Assembly (NCBI GenBank): GCA_023415475.1
Contig: JAEZKL010000130.1
Coordinates: 27,529 to 91,528 of the forward strand
Source of the DNA: Bacillota bacterium
Lineage (GTDB): Bacteria; Bacillota; Clostridia; Lachnospirales; Lachnospiraceae
Direction of reading: 5' to 3'
DNA: 64,000 bases
The notes beneath the pieces were generated by a model. It was not told where the DNA came from, made no database searches, and worked only from the letters and a program-made list of their open reading frames with translations. The translations under genes were made by a program, and so were the position numbers. Of the stretch, positions 46,216 to 54,974 are shown in pieces (position 1 is the stretch's first letter; the number at the start of each line of letters is the position of its first letter).

Positions 46216-46878
46216 ATGAAGGAAGCGTTTAAGACTATTTATAAAGGTGGCAGTGGAGAATTTGTGATGAAAAAATCCAGATTCATAGCCAATGTTTGTC
46301 CCGTTGAAACTGAAGAAGCTGCTCTTGAATTTATTGAGGGCCTGAAGAAAAAGTATTGGGATGCTACGCATAATTGTTCCGCTTATATCATCGGAACCGA
46401 CCTGCCTCTGATGCGATGTTCTGACGACGGGGAGCCCAGCAAAACTGCTGGCAGACCGATGTTGGATGTACTTTTAGCTCATGAGCTTACGAATCTGGTT
46501 GTTGTGGTCACCAGATATTTTGGCGGCACCCTTCTGGGAACCGGTGGTTTGGTGAAGGCTTATCAATCAGCCGCTATAGAAGGACTTAATCAATGTAAGA
46601 TGATAACCAAGGAGATAGGAATTCGTACCGAACTGATAATGGACTATAATCTGGTTGGAAAGCTTCAATACTATATTAACCAGGAGCAGTTCACCCTTCT
46701 TTCCTCTCAATATACTGACCTGGTTCGCTTCGAGCTGTTGGTCCCACCCAGCAGGTTTGAGGCTTTTACAAAAAAAATTGCTGAACTCACAAACGGTTCA
46801 GCAATTCCTAATGAGTTAGATAAGGTATACTTCACTATAATAGACGGCGAAGTACGCCTCTTCGATTCCTGCTTATAA
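46216..46878 (+). CDS. YigZ / IMPACT family protein
   Basis: 220 aa. Motifs are SRFIANVCPVETEEAALEFIEGLKKKYWDATHNCSAYI, SDDGEPSKTAGRPML and VVVTRYFGGTLLGTGGL. Confidence 0.85.
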   Translation: MKEAFKTIYKGGSGEFVMKKSRFIANVCPVETEEAALEFIEGLKKKYWDATHNCSAYIIGTDLPLMRCSDDGEPSKTAGRPMLDVLLAHELTNLVVVVTRYFGGTLLGTGGLVKAYQSAAIEGLNQCKMITKEIGIRTELIMDYNLVGKLQYYINQEQFTLLSSQYTDLVRFELLVPPSRFEAFTKKIAELTNGSAIPNELDKVYFTIIDGEVRLFDSCL

Positions 46879-47163
46879 TCCCATCGTTACAAGCTCGTCC
46901 ACTACTTCTACCATTGAAATCGGTGTGACTTCAAATTGAAAAAGCTTCTTCAGAATCGTTACTACACATTCTCTCGAAGTAGACACTCCTGCTACTTCAT
47001 CGGTTTCTACTGTATCCTCAAGATACTTCGAAATCTTGATCCCATAAAAAGGGGTCATTTTGTCTTCTTCTGATACACTCTCCATTAGACAATAATCCAG
47101 TTGCATGCTTCTCGTATCTTCCAGCGTAATTCGGTTGCTGAAAAGTAGCTGTACCTGTTTCAT
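46873..47163 (-). CDS. Hypothetical small protein
   Basis: 96-aa ORF that converges on and overlaps the yigZ-like stop by 6 nt. No family was recognised. Confidence 0.5.
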   Translation of the reverse strand: MKQVQLLFSNRITLEDTRSMQLDYCLMESVSEEDKMTPFYGIKISKYLEDTVETDEVAGVSTSRECVVTILKKLFQFEVTPISMVEVVDELVTMGL

Positions 47164-47595
47164 TTTACATTACCCCACATTCATAAAATTAGAAAATTGC
47201 TGACATTTCTCATTATACACAGTAAATTACCATTGTCAAAGGCATATTTAACGCACCATTTTATCGTGTTCCTTATATTTCGACACATATTCACGTTTTG
47301 TGTGTACAAATAGTAATTGGAATGGATTCCTCTGCGTTTTCATGTATAAAATTGGCAAAAACAGCTAAATTTGTACAAAAGTACTTTCCGGATACATATT
47401 TATCCTTTTTGTGGAATTTTATGGGTGTCACTTGAAATTAAGTCTTTATTTCAAGTGACATATTTGATATAATGTAGCTTAGTGAATAAAGTGGCAAGCT
47501 TTGCTCATTAAATGACTTTTTAACAGACAGTAAACGTATCTATGCCTTTTGTATGTAAACTATCGTTTCATATTATAGGCAGAATGGAGTTAAGT

Positions 47596-50316
47596 ATGGA
47601 TTACAGTAAACGAGGGATTGAAAACAAACAACAATATATAAAATCAACCTCAAGAAGGCTGATATCAAAAACCAGAATTACATTATTCCGATTATGTATT
47701 GTAGCTTTTGTGGCTCTGGCAATTATAGGTTGCTTTGCAGGCTTCGGTTATATTAAGGGGGTTGTTGACAGTGCTCCCGATATCTCACAGATCAATGTTG
47801 TTCCTACCGGCTTTACTACTACGATCTATGACAAAGATGGTAACGCGATAGAGAATCTAATTGGCGCTCAGGCTAATCGTGTATATGTTGAATTAGCGGA
47901 TCTGCCGGAGCATGTGAAGTATGCATTTATCAGCGTTGAGGATGAGCGTTTCTATGAGCATAGCGGTATCGATGTACGCGGTATTCTGCGAGCAGGCGTA
48001 CAGGGCCTTAAAAACGGTGGCTTTTCAGAGGGCGGCAGTACAATCACCCAGCAGTTGATTAAGAATCAGGTATTCGACGGTGGGCGTGAGACTACCTTCA
48101 TTGAGAGGCTGGAACGAAAAATCCAGGAACAATTCTTAGCCGTTCAGTTAGAAGACCGACTGGATAAGGAATTAATTCTCGAATATTATCTGAATACCAT
48201 TAATCTCGGATCGGGAACATATGGAATCCAAACCGCTTCCAAACGTTATTTTAATAAGGATGCGAAGGACTTAACCTTATCGGAATCCGCCGTTATCGCT
48301 GCTATCGCACAGACTCCGGTTTATCGAAACCCGATTACTTATCCGGAGCAAAACAAAACCCGCCGTGACGAGATTTTAGATGAAATGCTGGATCAGGGCT
48401 ATTGTAGTCAGGAGGAATATGACAAGGCAATGGCCGATGAGATATATTCCCGAATTCAATCCGTAAACGAGGAGCAGGATACCTCCTCTTATTACAGCTA
48501 TTTCGTGGACGAATTGATCGAACAGGTTATGGAGGATCTTCAGTCCGAGCTTGGCTATACTCAGACACAAGCTTCAACACTCCTCTATAGCGGTGGCTTA
48601 AGTATCTATACCACACAGGATTCGACGATACAGGATATTTGTGATGAGGTATTTTCGGATGAAGCGAACTTCCCCGAGATTGGCACCTCATTCTATGAGC
48701 TTACCTACGCATTGTCCATCCAGAAGAATGATGCAGAGAAAACTACGATACATTATCATGGCAATGATTTACTTGAATATTATAAGGATTATGCTGATCC
48801 GGAAGGCCTGTATGTAAACGATGACGGAAGTAAATTCTCCTTATTGTTTACCGATAAAAAGGATATGCAGGATAAAATCGATGCCTTCAGAGAGGCGAAG
48901 GTGGAGGAAGGAGATACCATCCTTGGCGAAAAGGTTAATATGACAATTCAGCCTCAGACCTCCTTCGTAGTAATGGATCAACATTCAGGTGAGGTTGTGG
49001 CTATTGTAGGTGGGCGCGGTGAGAAGACCGGTAATCGTACCTTAAATAGGGCAACGAATACGGTAAGACAGCCCGGTTCTACCTTTAAGGTATTATCTAC
49101 TTACCTTCCCGCTCTAGATACCGCCGGTTTAACTCTGGCAGACGTTCAGGATGATGCAGGCCCATACTACTATCCCGGTTCAAAGAAGGAAGTAAACAAT
49201 TGGACCTCCACGAAGAAATACGTAGGTCTTAGTACCTTGCGAAAAGGCATCTATGACTCCATGAATATTGTTACGGTGAAGACCTTAGTAGATGTGACAC
49301 CGGAGATTGGCTATGATTACCTTCTTAAGTTAGGCTTTACCTCTCTGGTCGATTCCCGTAAGGAGGCAGATGGCCGCGTTGTATCCGACATCAATTATCC
49401 TATGGCACTCGGTGGCTTAACGGATGGTGTCAGCAATCTGGAGTTAACGGCAGCTTATGCTGCTATTGCGAATAGCGGTGTCTATACCGAACCGATTTTC
49501 TATTCCAAAATATTAGATCATGACGGAAAGGTCTTGTTAACAAAGACTCCTTACCGCGATCAGGTAATGAAGGAATCCACCTCATATTTGTTAACCAGTG
49601 CTATGGAGGACGTTGTAAAGATTGGTACTGGTAAGAATTTAAGACTCACAGCAATTGATATGCCAGTTGCAGGAAAGACAGGTTCTACCTCAGATTATAA
49701 TGACTTATGGTTCTCGGGCTTCTCACCCTATTATACCGCTACGGTATGGTCCGGGTTTGATAATAACCGCAGTCAATCTGAGAAGACCTATCAGCGTAAG
49801 ATATGGAAAAAGATTATGGAGCAAATTCATATACAGAAGAATCTCGAGACAAAATCCTTCACTGTTCCGGAATCAGTGGTAACCTCAAAAATATGTACCA
49901 AATCCGGCAAGCTGGCGGTAGAGGGTGTTTGTGACCACTACCTCGGCGGTGACACTACTAAGGTTGAATATTTTGCAAAGGGAACCCAACCTACCGAGAA
50001 ATGTGATATTCATGAAAAAGCAACGGTATGTACCGAATCCCATGCTTTAGCTACGGAATACTGCCCGACCATGGAAGAAGCGGTATTTCTGAATAAGACA
50101 GAGACTTCGGTGACCGGAGATACTCCATTTATTTATCCTATTGATTCCTGCCTAATTCACAAGCAGGGTGCACCGATTGATTATGAACCGACTATTCCGG
50201 AGGATATCATTGTGGATGATGGGTTGTACGAGGATGACGAATTTTATCAGGATGAATATGAGGATATCCCCGTGGATGGTTATGACGATTTTCCCAATCA
50301 GACGGTATTCCCATAA
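47596..50316 (+). CDS. Class A penicillin-binding protein (glycosyltransferase plus transpeptidase)
   Basis: The ORF starts at 47542. The likely start is ATG at 47596, after GGAG. GT51 motifs are SVEDERFYEHSGID and GGSTITQQL. Transpeptidase motifs are STFK and KTGS. An acidic C-terminal tail is present. Confidence 0.9.
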   Translation: MDYSKRGIENKQQYIKSTSRRLISKTRITLFRLCIVAFVALAIIGCFAGFGYIKGVVDSAPDISQINVVPTGFTTTIYDKDGNAIENLIGAQANRVYVELADLPEHVKYAFISVEDERFYEHSGIDVRGILRAGVQGLKNGGFSEGGSTITQQLIKNQVFDGGRETTFIERLERKIQEQFLAVQLEDRLDKELILEYYLNTINLGSGTYGIQTASKRYFNKDAKDLTLSESAVIAAIAQTPVYRNPITYPEQNKTRRDEILDEMLDQGYCSQEEYDKAMADEIYSRIQSVNEEQDTSSYYSYFVDELIEQVMEDLQSELGYTQTQASTLLYSGGLSIYTTQDSTIQDICDEVFSDEANFPEIGTSFYELTYALSIQKNDAEKTTIHYHGNDLLEYYKDYADPEGLYVNDDGSKFSLLFTDKKDMQDKIDAFREAKVEEGDTILGEKVNMTIQPQTSFVVMDQHSGEVVAIVGGRGEKTGNRTLNRATNTVRQPGSTFKVLSTYLPALDTAGLTLADVQDDAGPYYYPGSKKEVNNWTSTKKYVGLSTLRKGIYDSMNIVTVKTLVDVTPEIGYDYLLKLGFTSLVDSRKEADGRVVSDINYPMALGGLTDGVSNLELTAAYAAIANSGVYTEPIFYSKILDHDGKVLLTKTPYRDQVMKESTSYLLTSAMEDVVKIGTGKNLRLTAIDMPVAGKTGSTSDYNDLWFSGFSPYYTATVWSGFDNNRSQSEKTYQRKIWKKIMEQIHIQKNLETKSFTVPESVVTSKICTKSGKLAVEGVCDHYLGGDTTKVEYFAKGTQPTEKCDIHEKATVCTESHALATEYCPTMEEAVFLNKTETSVTGDTPFIYPIDSCLIHKQGAPIDYEPTIPEDIIVDDGLYEDDEFYQDEYEDIPVDGYDDFPNQTVFP

Positions 50317-50334
50317 TCAATAATATCATCAAAG

Positions 50335-50392
50335 TATGCTTGCAGTAAGTGAAAAAACTCTGTTTGTTCACTTTGCTCGCATTTGCTTACAC
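50335..50392 (-). repeat. Family C intergenic repeat copy (inverted)
   Basis: The reverse complement GTGTAAGCAAATGCGAGCAAAGTGAACAAACAGAGTTTTTTCACTTACTGCAAGC resembles 43651-43704. Confidence 0.4.
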
Positions 50393-50397
50393 GTTAG

Positions 50398-50444
50398 TAA
50401 AAGGGTTATATGCCTTCCGTGTTAAGGAAGCATATAGCCCTTTT
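50398..50444. terminator. Bidirectional terminator between the PBP and spoVAE genes
   Basis: AAAAGGGUUAUAUGCCUUCC, loop, GGAAGCAUAUAGCCCUUUU (one bulge and one G-U pair). Confidence 0.6.
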
Positions 50445-50506
50445 ATCGTTTTATCGTCATTATTTACGAAGTAGTGTATTAACCGGTTATGGCATCCTGC
50501 TTCCCT

Positions 50507-50863
50507 TTAGGATTTCATCTTTGGACCGAAGAACCAGGAAGCGATGTAGGCAAAAATTAAGGCTGAGGAAATACCGACGGCTGAAGTAGTAAATCCACCC
50601 TTGAAGATACCGAGGAAGCCCTCCTTATCGACTGCTTCCTTTACACCCTTGAATAAAATATTACCAAAGCCGGTCAGGGGTACGCCGGCGCCGGCTCCTG
50701 CCCATTTTGCAAAGGGTTCATAGATGCCAACAGCTCCCAGTATTGCACCGGTACATACCAATATGACCATAACCCTTCCCGGTAAAAGCTTTGTTTTATC
50801 CAGCAAAACCTGAACTACTGCGCAAATTGCACCTCCGACCAAGAATGCTTTTAAATATTCCAT
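50507..50863 (-). CDS. spoVAE: Stage V sporulation protein AE (SpoVAEB-type)
   Basis: 118 aa. It is a membrane protein starting MEYLKAFLVGGAICAVVQVL, is paralogous to SpoVAC, and is the last gene of the spoVAC-AD-AE block. Confidence 0.85.
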   Translation of the reverse strand: MEYLKAFLVGGAICAVVQVLLDKTKLLPGRVMVILVCTGAILGAVGIYEPFAKWAGAGAGVPLTGFGNILFKGVKEAVDKEGFLGIFKGGFTTSAVGISSALIFAYIASWFFGPKMKS

Positions 50864-50867
50864 GTGG

Positions 50868-51932
50868 CTAGCTCCTTTCTAAAATAACTGCATGAGCAAT
50901 ACCCGGTACCGAGTTTCCCTCGTTAAAGCTCACCTGCGATAACAAGGCTCCCGTAGGGATAAATAATACTCTTTTCCAGGTTCCTTCCCGCAGCTGCTTT
51001 AATATATAACCTGCAAGGGTAATTGCAGAGCAGCCGCAGCCACTACCGCCTGCATGTGTATCCTGATTATCCTTATCAAAGATTTCTATACCGCAATCCA
51101 TATGATTACCTGAGATATCATAATTTTTCTCTTTCAACAAATCTATCAGTATATTCTTTCCAACATAACCCAGATCCCCGGTAATAATCTTATCATAATA
51201 GGAAGGCTCCACACCCAGATCCTCAAAATTCTGCTTGATTGTCTCAAATGCTGCCGGAGCCATAGCGGCTCCCATATTCATGGAATCCTTCAACCCATAA
51301 TCTACAATTTTACCGATTGTAACTCCCTTTATTACAATCTGAGCCTGGTTATCCTTTGGTGTAAGGCTCTGATCTCCTATGATTACCGCACCGCTTCCGG
51401 TAACCGTCCAGGACGCAGAGTATGGTCTCTGATTTCCATAATCCAAAGGGAAACGAAATTGCTTCTCAGCACCTGCGAAGTGGCTTGAAGTAATTGCCAT
51501 AACCCGATCTGCAAAGCCTCCTTCTACAAGAATGGAACCAATCGTAATCGCTTCTCCCATCGTAGAACACGCACCATAGATACCAAGCATCGGAATCTCC
51601 AGCTCACCAATACCAAAGGAGGTGGCTATTAGCTGTCCCAAAAGGTCGCCCCCGATCAGGTATCGTATATCCATGCTTGCCAAGCCGCTTTTCTCAAGCG
51701 CCTTTTGCGCGGCGCGTTTCATTAATTCACTTTCTGCCTCCTCCCAGGTCTTCTTTCCTGCGAGTGGATCTTCCTCGATCATATCAAAAAGGGAGCCCAG
51801 AGGACCTTCTCCCTCTTTTTTTCCTGCTATGGATGCCGCCGATAGAATACATGGCGGTTTAAGAAAAAGAATACTCTGTTTTCCAACCATCTTCGTTTGA
51901 TTATTATCCTGTTGTTGCATTATTACCTCCAC
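50868..51932 (-). CDS. spoVAD: Stage V sporulation protein AD
   Basis: 354 aa. It is a thiolase-like SpoVAD (GGDLLGQLIATSFG, GIYGACSTMGE, HAGGSGCGCSA). Confidence 0.9.
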   Translation of the reverse strand: MEVIMQQQDNNQTKMVGKQSILFLKPPCILSAASIAGKKEGEGPLGSLFDMIEEDPLAGKKTWEEAESELMKRAAQKALEKSGLASMDIRYLIGGDLLGQLIATSFGIGELEIPMLGIYGACSTMGEAITIGSILVEGGFADRVMAITSSHFAGAEKQFRFPLDYGNQRPYSASWTVTGSGAVIIGDQSLTPKDNQAQIVIKGVTIGKIVDYGLKDSMNMGAAMAPAAFETIKQNFEDLGVEPSYYDKIITGDLGYVGKNILIDLLKEKNYDISGNHMDCGIEIFDKDNQDTHAGGSGCGCSAITLAGYILKQLREGTWKRVLFIPTGALLSQVSFNEGNSVPGIAHAVILERS

Positions 51933-51939
51933 TTAATTA

Positions 51940-52449
51940 CTAAACTACCTTCAGCTGTTTTAAAATGTAATAGATAAGCCCAAGTACCCAGGAGAAAAAT
52001 ATACCATACAGAATTACCGGCCCCGCAATGGTAAATATCTTGCAGCCGATACCAAAGACCTGTCCCTCCTTTTTATATTCCACTGCCGGTGCCGCCACAG
52101 AATTCGCAAAGCCAGTGATCGGAACCAAGGTTCCTGCCCCTCCAAACTTAGCCAGCTTCTGATACAATCCCAATCCGGTCAATAATATCGATAAAAAGAT
52201 CAAGGTTACGGTATTATAGGATTTTGCAGCTTCTTCCTCTGCTCCGAGATATTGATAATATGCGATAAAGGCCTGCCCTAGGGTACAAATAATTCCTCCG
52301 ATGATAAAAGCTTTAAGAGTATTCTTAAATACACTGAAGGTCGGTGTTGTTTCTTTTACATATTTATTATACATTTGATTTCTCTTCTGTGTATCCTGCT
52401 CCCGTACCACCTTTGAGACTGATTCCTTCTTATTATTTGCCATAATCAC
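51940..52449 (-). CDS. spoVAC: Stage V sporulation protein AC
   Basis: 169 aa. Motifs are AFIIGGIICTLGQ and GAGTLVPITGFANSV. Confidence 0.9.
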   Translation of the reverse strand: MIMANNKKESVSKVVREQDTQKRNQMYNKYVKETTPTFSVFKNTLKAFIIGGIICTLGQAFIAYYQYLGAEEEAAKSYNTVTLIFLSILLTGLGLYQKLAKFGGAGTLVPITGFANSVAAPAVEYKKEGQVFGIGCKIFTIAGPVILYGIFFSWVLGLIYYILKQLKVV

Positions 52450-52477
52450 ACCTACTCCTTTCCTGTTTATCCATTCT

Positions 52478-52657
52478 CTAACGCATATTGAAGAGCGAAG
52501 TAATAACCGGGGTCAGAAGCTCAATCCCACTTCTAACCAAAGTTCCATCATACTGAGTCTCCCGTGCGGTGCCAAAAAGCTCTACGCACAAAACGATTGC
52601 AACTGCCATTATCAGGATAAAAGCTGCAACCCAAATTATCTTCCTCTTAGAAGCCAT
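52478..52657 (-). CDS. Small single-TM protein upstream of spoVAC
   Basis: The ORF is 52478-52717. The start is more likely ATG at 52657 (MASKRKIIWVAAFILIMAVAIVL), after GAAGG. Confidence 0.4.
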   Translation of the reverse strand: MASKRKIIWVAAFILIMAVAIVLCVELFGTARETQYDGTLVRSGIELLTPVITSLFNMR

Positions 52658-52878
52658 ACCGACCTTCACACTCCATCTTTTACTTTCTTTTTTAGCGTGG
52701 CAGAATAATAAAAGCATCAGTTATATCAACTGATGCTTAATTCATCGAAGCCAGCAATTTCACTTCTCTTAGTATATGATTTTTACTTTTTACTATTCTG
52801 GTAATATATGTCACATGACTAACATGGCCTTCTGCCCCTTGTGTTAGTTTGTGCTATTTCAAGGCATCCAACAAGCTC

Positions 52879-52937
52879 GGAAGAACAAGGAGTTCGCACC
52901 TCTGTGCGGACTTCGTAGTTCTTCCTAAGGATTTTTG
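52879..52937 (+). repeat. Family A intergenic hairpin repeat, copy 1
   Basis: GGAAGAACAAGGAGTTCGCACCTCTGTGCGGACTTCGTAGTTCTTCCTAAGGATTTTTG. The outer stem is GGAAGAAC/GTTCTTCC. The copy is flanked by a 23-bp direct duplication at 52832-52854 and 52951-52973. Confidence 0.7.
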
Positions 52938-53029
52938 TTTTTTAGTATGCCTGCCCCTTGTGTTAGTTTGTGCCGAGGATTACGCAGGCACAAACTTCTA
53001 AATGTGAATTATGCTTTTTATAATTCACA

Positions 53030-53797
53030 TTAGGCCCCAAGCTTTTCTCTCATAATTTTTAGTATTCTTTTCTCCATTCTGGACACCTGTACCTGTGAGA
53101 TACCAAGCTCCTTAGCGATATCCGTCTGCGTTCTATCTTTAAAGTATCTAAGCCTGATTATTTCCTGCTCCTTCTCATCCAAGGAAGCGATAATCTCTTT
53201 CAAGGCAAGCCTATCTACTAAATTTTCACTTTCATCCTTTGTTTCTGCCAGTTTATCAATAAGGAAGATGGGACTTCCATCCCCTTGGTATATAGTCTTA
53301 TACAACGATTCAACCTCTGCACCGGTCTCCAATGCCATAACGATTTCTTCTTTATCAATATCAAGGTCTGACTCGATCTCTTCAATGGTTGGTTCTCTAC
53401 CGTACATATTTCCGTATTTTTCGCGAACGACTCTGATTTTCGCTGCAGTCTCCTTCAGTGACCTGCTTACCTTAATCATTCCGTCATCACGGAGAAAACG
53501 CTTAATTTCACCTGTAATCATAGGTACGGCATAGGTAGAGAATTTTACCTCATAGGAGGAATCAAATTTATCAATTGCTTTAATCAGACCGATGCTTCCA
53601 ATCTGGAACAAATCCTCCATCTCGTGACCACGATTTGCAAAGCGTCTTACAATACTCCAAACCAGTCCAACATTCTCTGTTACTACACGATCTCTAGCCT
53701 CTCTGTCTCCTTCCTTCGATAGTCTAATCAGCTCAAGCGTATCCACATTAAACCTCTCTCCTTTCCTCTGCAGCTTAAAATTATGTACGATCTGCAA
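53030..53797 (-). CDS. sigF: Sporulation sigma factor SigF
   Basis: 255 aa. The sequence VWSIVRRFANRGHEMEDLFQIGSIGLIKAIDKFDSSYEVKFSTYAVPMITGEIKRFLRDDGMIKVSRSLKE matches the SigF pattern. The gene starts 4 nt after spoIIAB ends. Confidence 0.92.
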   Translation of the reverse strand: MQIVHNFKLQRKGERFNVDTLELIRLSKEGDREARDRVVTENVGLVWSIVRRFANRGHEMEDLFQIGSIGLIKAIDKFDSSYEVKFSTYAVPMITGEIKRFLRDDGMIKVSRSLKETAAKIRVVREKYGNMYGREPTIEEIESDLDIDKEEIVMALETGAEVESLYKTIYQGDGSPIFLIDKLAETKDESENLVDRLALKEIIASLDEKEQEIIRLRYFKDRTQTDIAKELGISQVQVSRMEKRILKIMREKLGA

Positions 53798-53801
53798 TAC
53801 G

Positions 53802-54275
53802 TCAAAGTACCTTCTGTCCGGCTTCCTGCGTATACTCCTTTATCCTCTCAGTTTTCCCCACTTTTTTTCTCATCCTCACCAAAGTTCCGCTGCCAATCTG
53901 CGATGTTACCTCAAGATCATCCATAAAGGCCTCCATAAAAGAGAATCCCATTCCGGAGCGTTCCAGCTCTGGTCTTGAGGTATACAGTGGTTCCATTGCT
54001 TTTTCAATATTCTCAATCCCAACACCTTTATCCTTTATCTCCACCATGAGTTCATTGCCTTCAATGATGCAATGCATCGTAATTATTCCGATCGAATTGG
54101 AATAGCCATGAATAATAGAATTGGTAACAGCCTCTGATACTGCGGTCTTAATATCTGCCAATTCTTCAATCGTCGGATCCAGTTGCGTTGCAAAGGCAGC
54201 CACTACTGTTCTTGCAAAGCTTTCATTCTGCGATTTACTTTCAAATTCTAATGTCATTTCGTTCTTATCCTTCAT
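53802..54275 (-). CDS. spoIIAB: Anti-sigma F factor (serine kinase) SpoIIAB
   Basis: 157 aa. Motifs are [35 protein letters not shown] and SGMGFSFME. Confidence 0.92.
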   Translation of the reverse strand: MKDKNEMTLEFESKSQNESFARTVVAAFATQLDPTIEELADIKTAVSEAVTNSIIHGYSNSIGIITMHCIIEGNELMVEIKDKGVGIENIEKAMEPLYTSRPELERSGMGFSFMEAFMDDLEVTSQIGSGTLVRMRKKVGKTERIKEYTQEAGQKVL

Positions 54276-54337
54276 AGTGTTTTTTGTCCCCTTTCAATTT
54301 CTAAAAATCCTTAATTTACTTCAGGTATTTAAAACCT

Positions 54338-54422
54338 GTAAGAACAAGGAGTGAGCACCACAGTGCGACCAGTAGGAATTTACTTCGCGAATTCCTCCCG
54401 CAGTTCTTACTAAGGATTATTG
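54338..54422 (+). repeat. Family A intergenic hairpin repeat, copy 2 (inside the spoIIA operon)
   Basis: GTAAGAACAAGGAGTGAGCACCACAGTGCGACC...CGCAGTTCTTACTAAGGATTATTG, with an extra internal hairpin GGAATT..AATTCC. It lies in the 169-nt gap between spoIIAA and spoIIAB. Confidence 0.7.
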
Positions 54423-54444
54423 CTTTCTAATAGTCCCTTTTATA

Positions 54445-54837
54445 CTAGGCCTTCTGTATAATATTTAATGCGGTCTCAACCGTATCATATCTTTCGATAA
54501 TTTTATACAGCCCTGACAATCTAAAAATCCTGTCCACTGAAGAATTCACGTTGACTACTGCTGTCTTACCTCCGATGAAGATAACCTTCCGGTATCTGCC
54601 CATTATCACACCAATGCCTGCACTATCCATAAAGCTTGCACCAGAAAAATCAAATATAATATGCTTAATGTTATGACGGTCTATTAGTTTATCCGCCTTC
54701 TCTCTGATCCGGATTGCATTATGATGGTCTAATTCGTCATTTAATCGGATTATCAGGCACCGTTCACAGATGTCATAGCTTGTTCCCTCCTCTCCTTTGT
54801 TTGAAGTCACTCCTTTTTGTTTTTTATCATCTTGCAT
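54445..54837 (-). CDS. spoIIAA: Anti-sigma F factor antagonist SpoIIAA (STAS domain)
   Basis: 130 aa. The phospho-Ser region is FDFSGASFMDSAGIGVIMGRY. An unusually long N-terminal extension of about 20 aa is present. Confidence 0.9.
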   Translation of the reverse strand: MQDDKKQKGVTSNKGEEGTSYDICERCLIIRLNDELDHHNAIRIREKADKLIDRHNIKHIIFDFSGASFMDSAGIGVIMGRYRKVIFIGGKTAVVNVNSSVDRIFRLSGLYKIIERYDTVETALNIIQKA

Positions 54838-54974
54838 GAGTTATTCCCTCCTGACTCTTTGAATTACTGGTTTTTAGCTATGAAAAAAAGACCTTTAATG
54901 GAATGGGTATCCCCATTCAACATAAAACGTCTTTTTTCCAAATCATCTTATCTTAAGTTGTTCAAGTATCTTAT

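Noticed and set aside
52718-52830. A sigma-G/sigma-F type promoter for the spoVA operon (GAATA ... CATATACTA)
   Set aside because: The spacer length (15 nt) and the -10 fit the forespore consensus poorly, so I cannot support it by eye.
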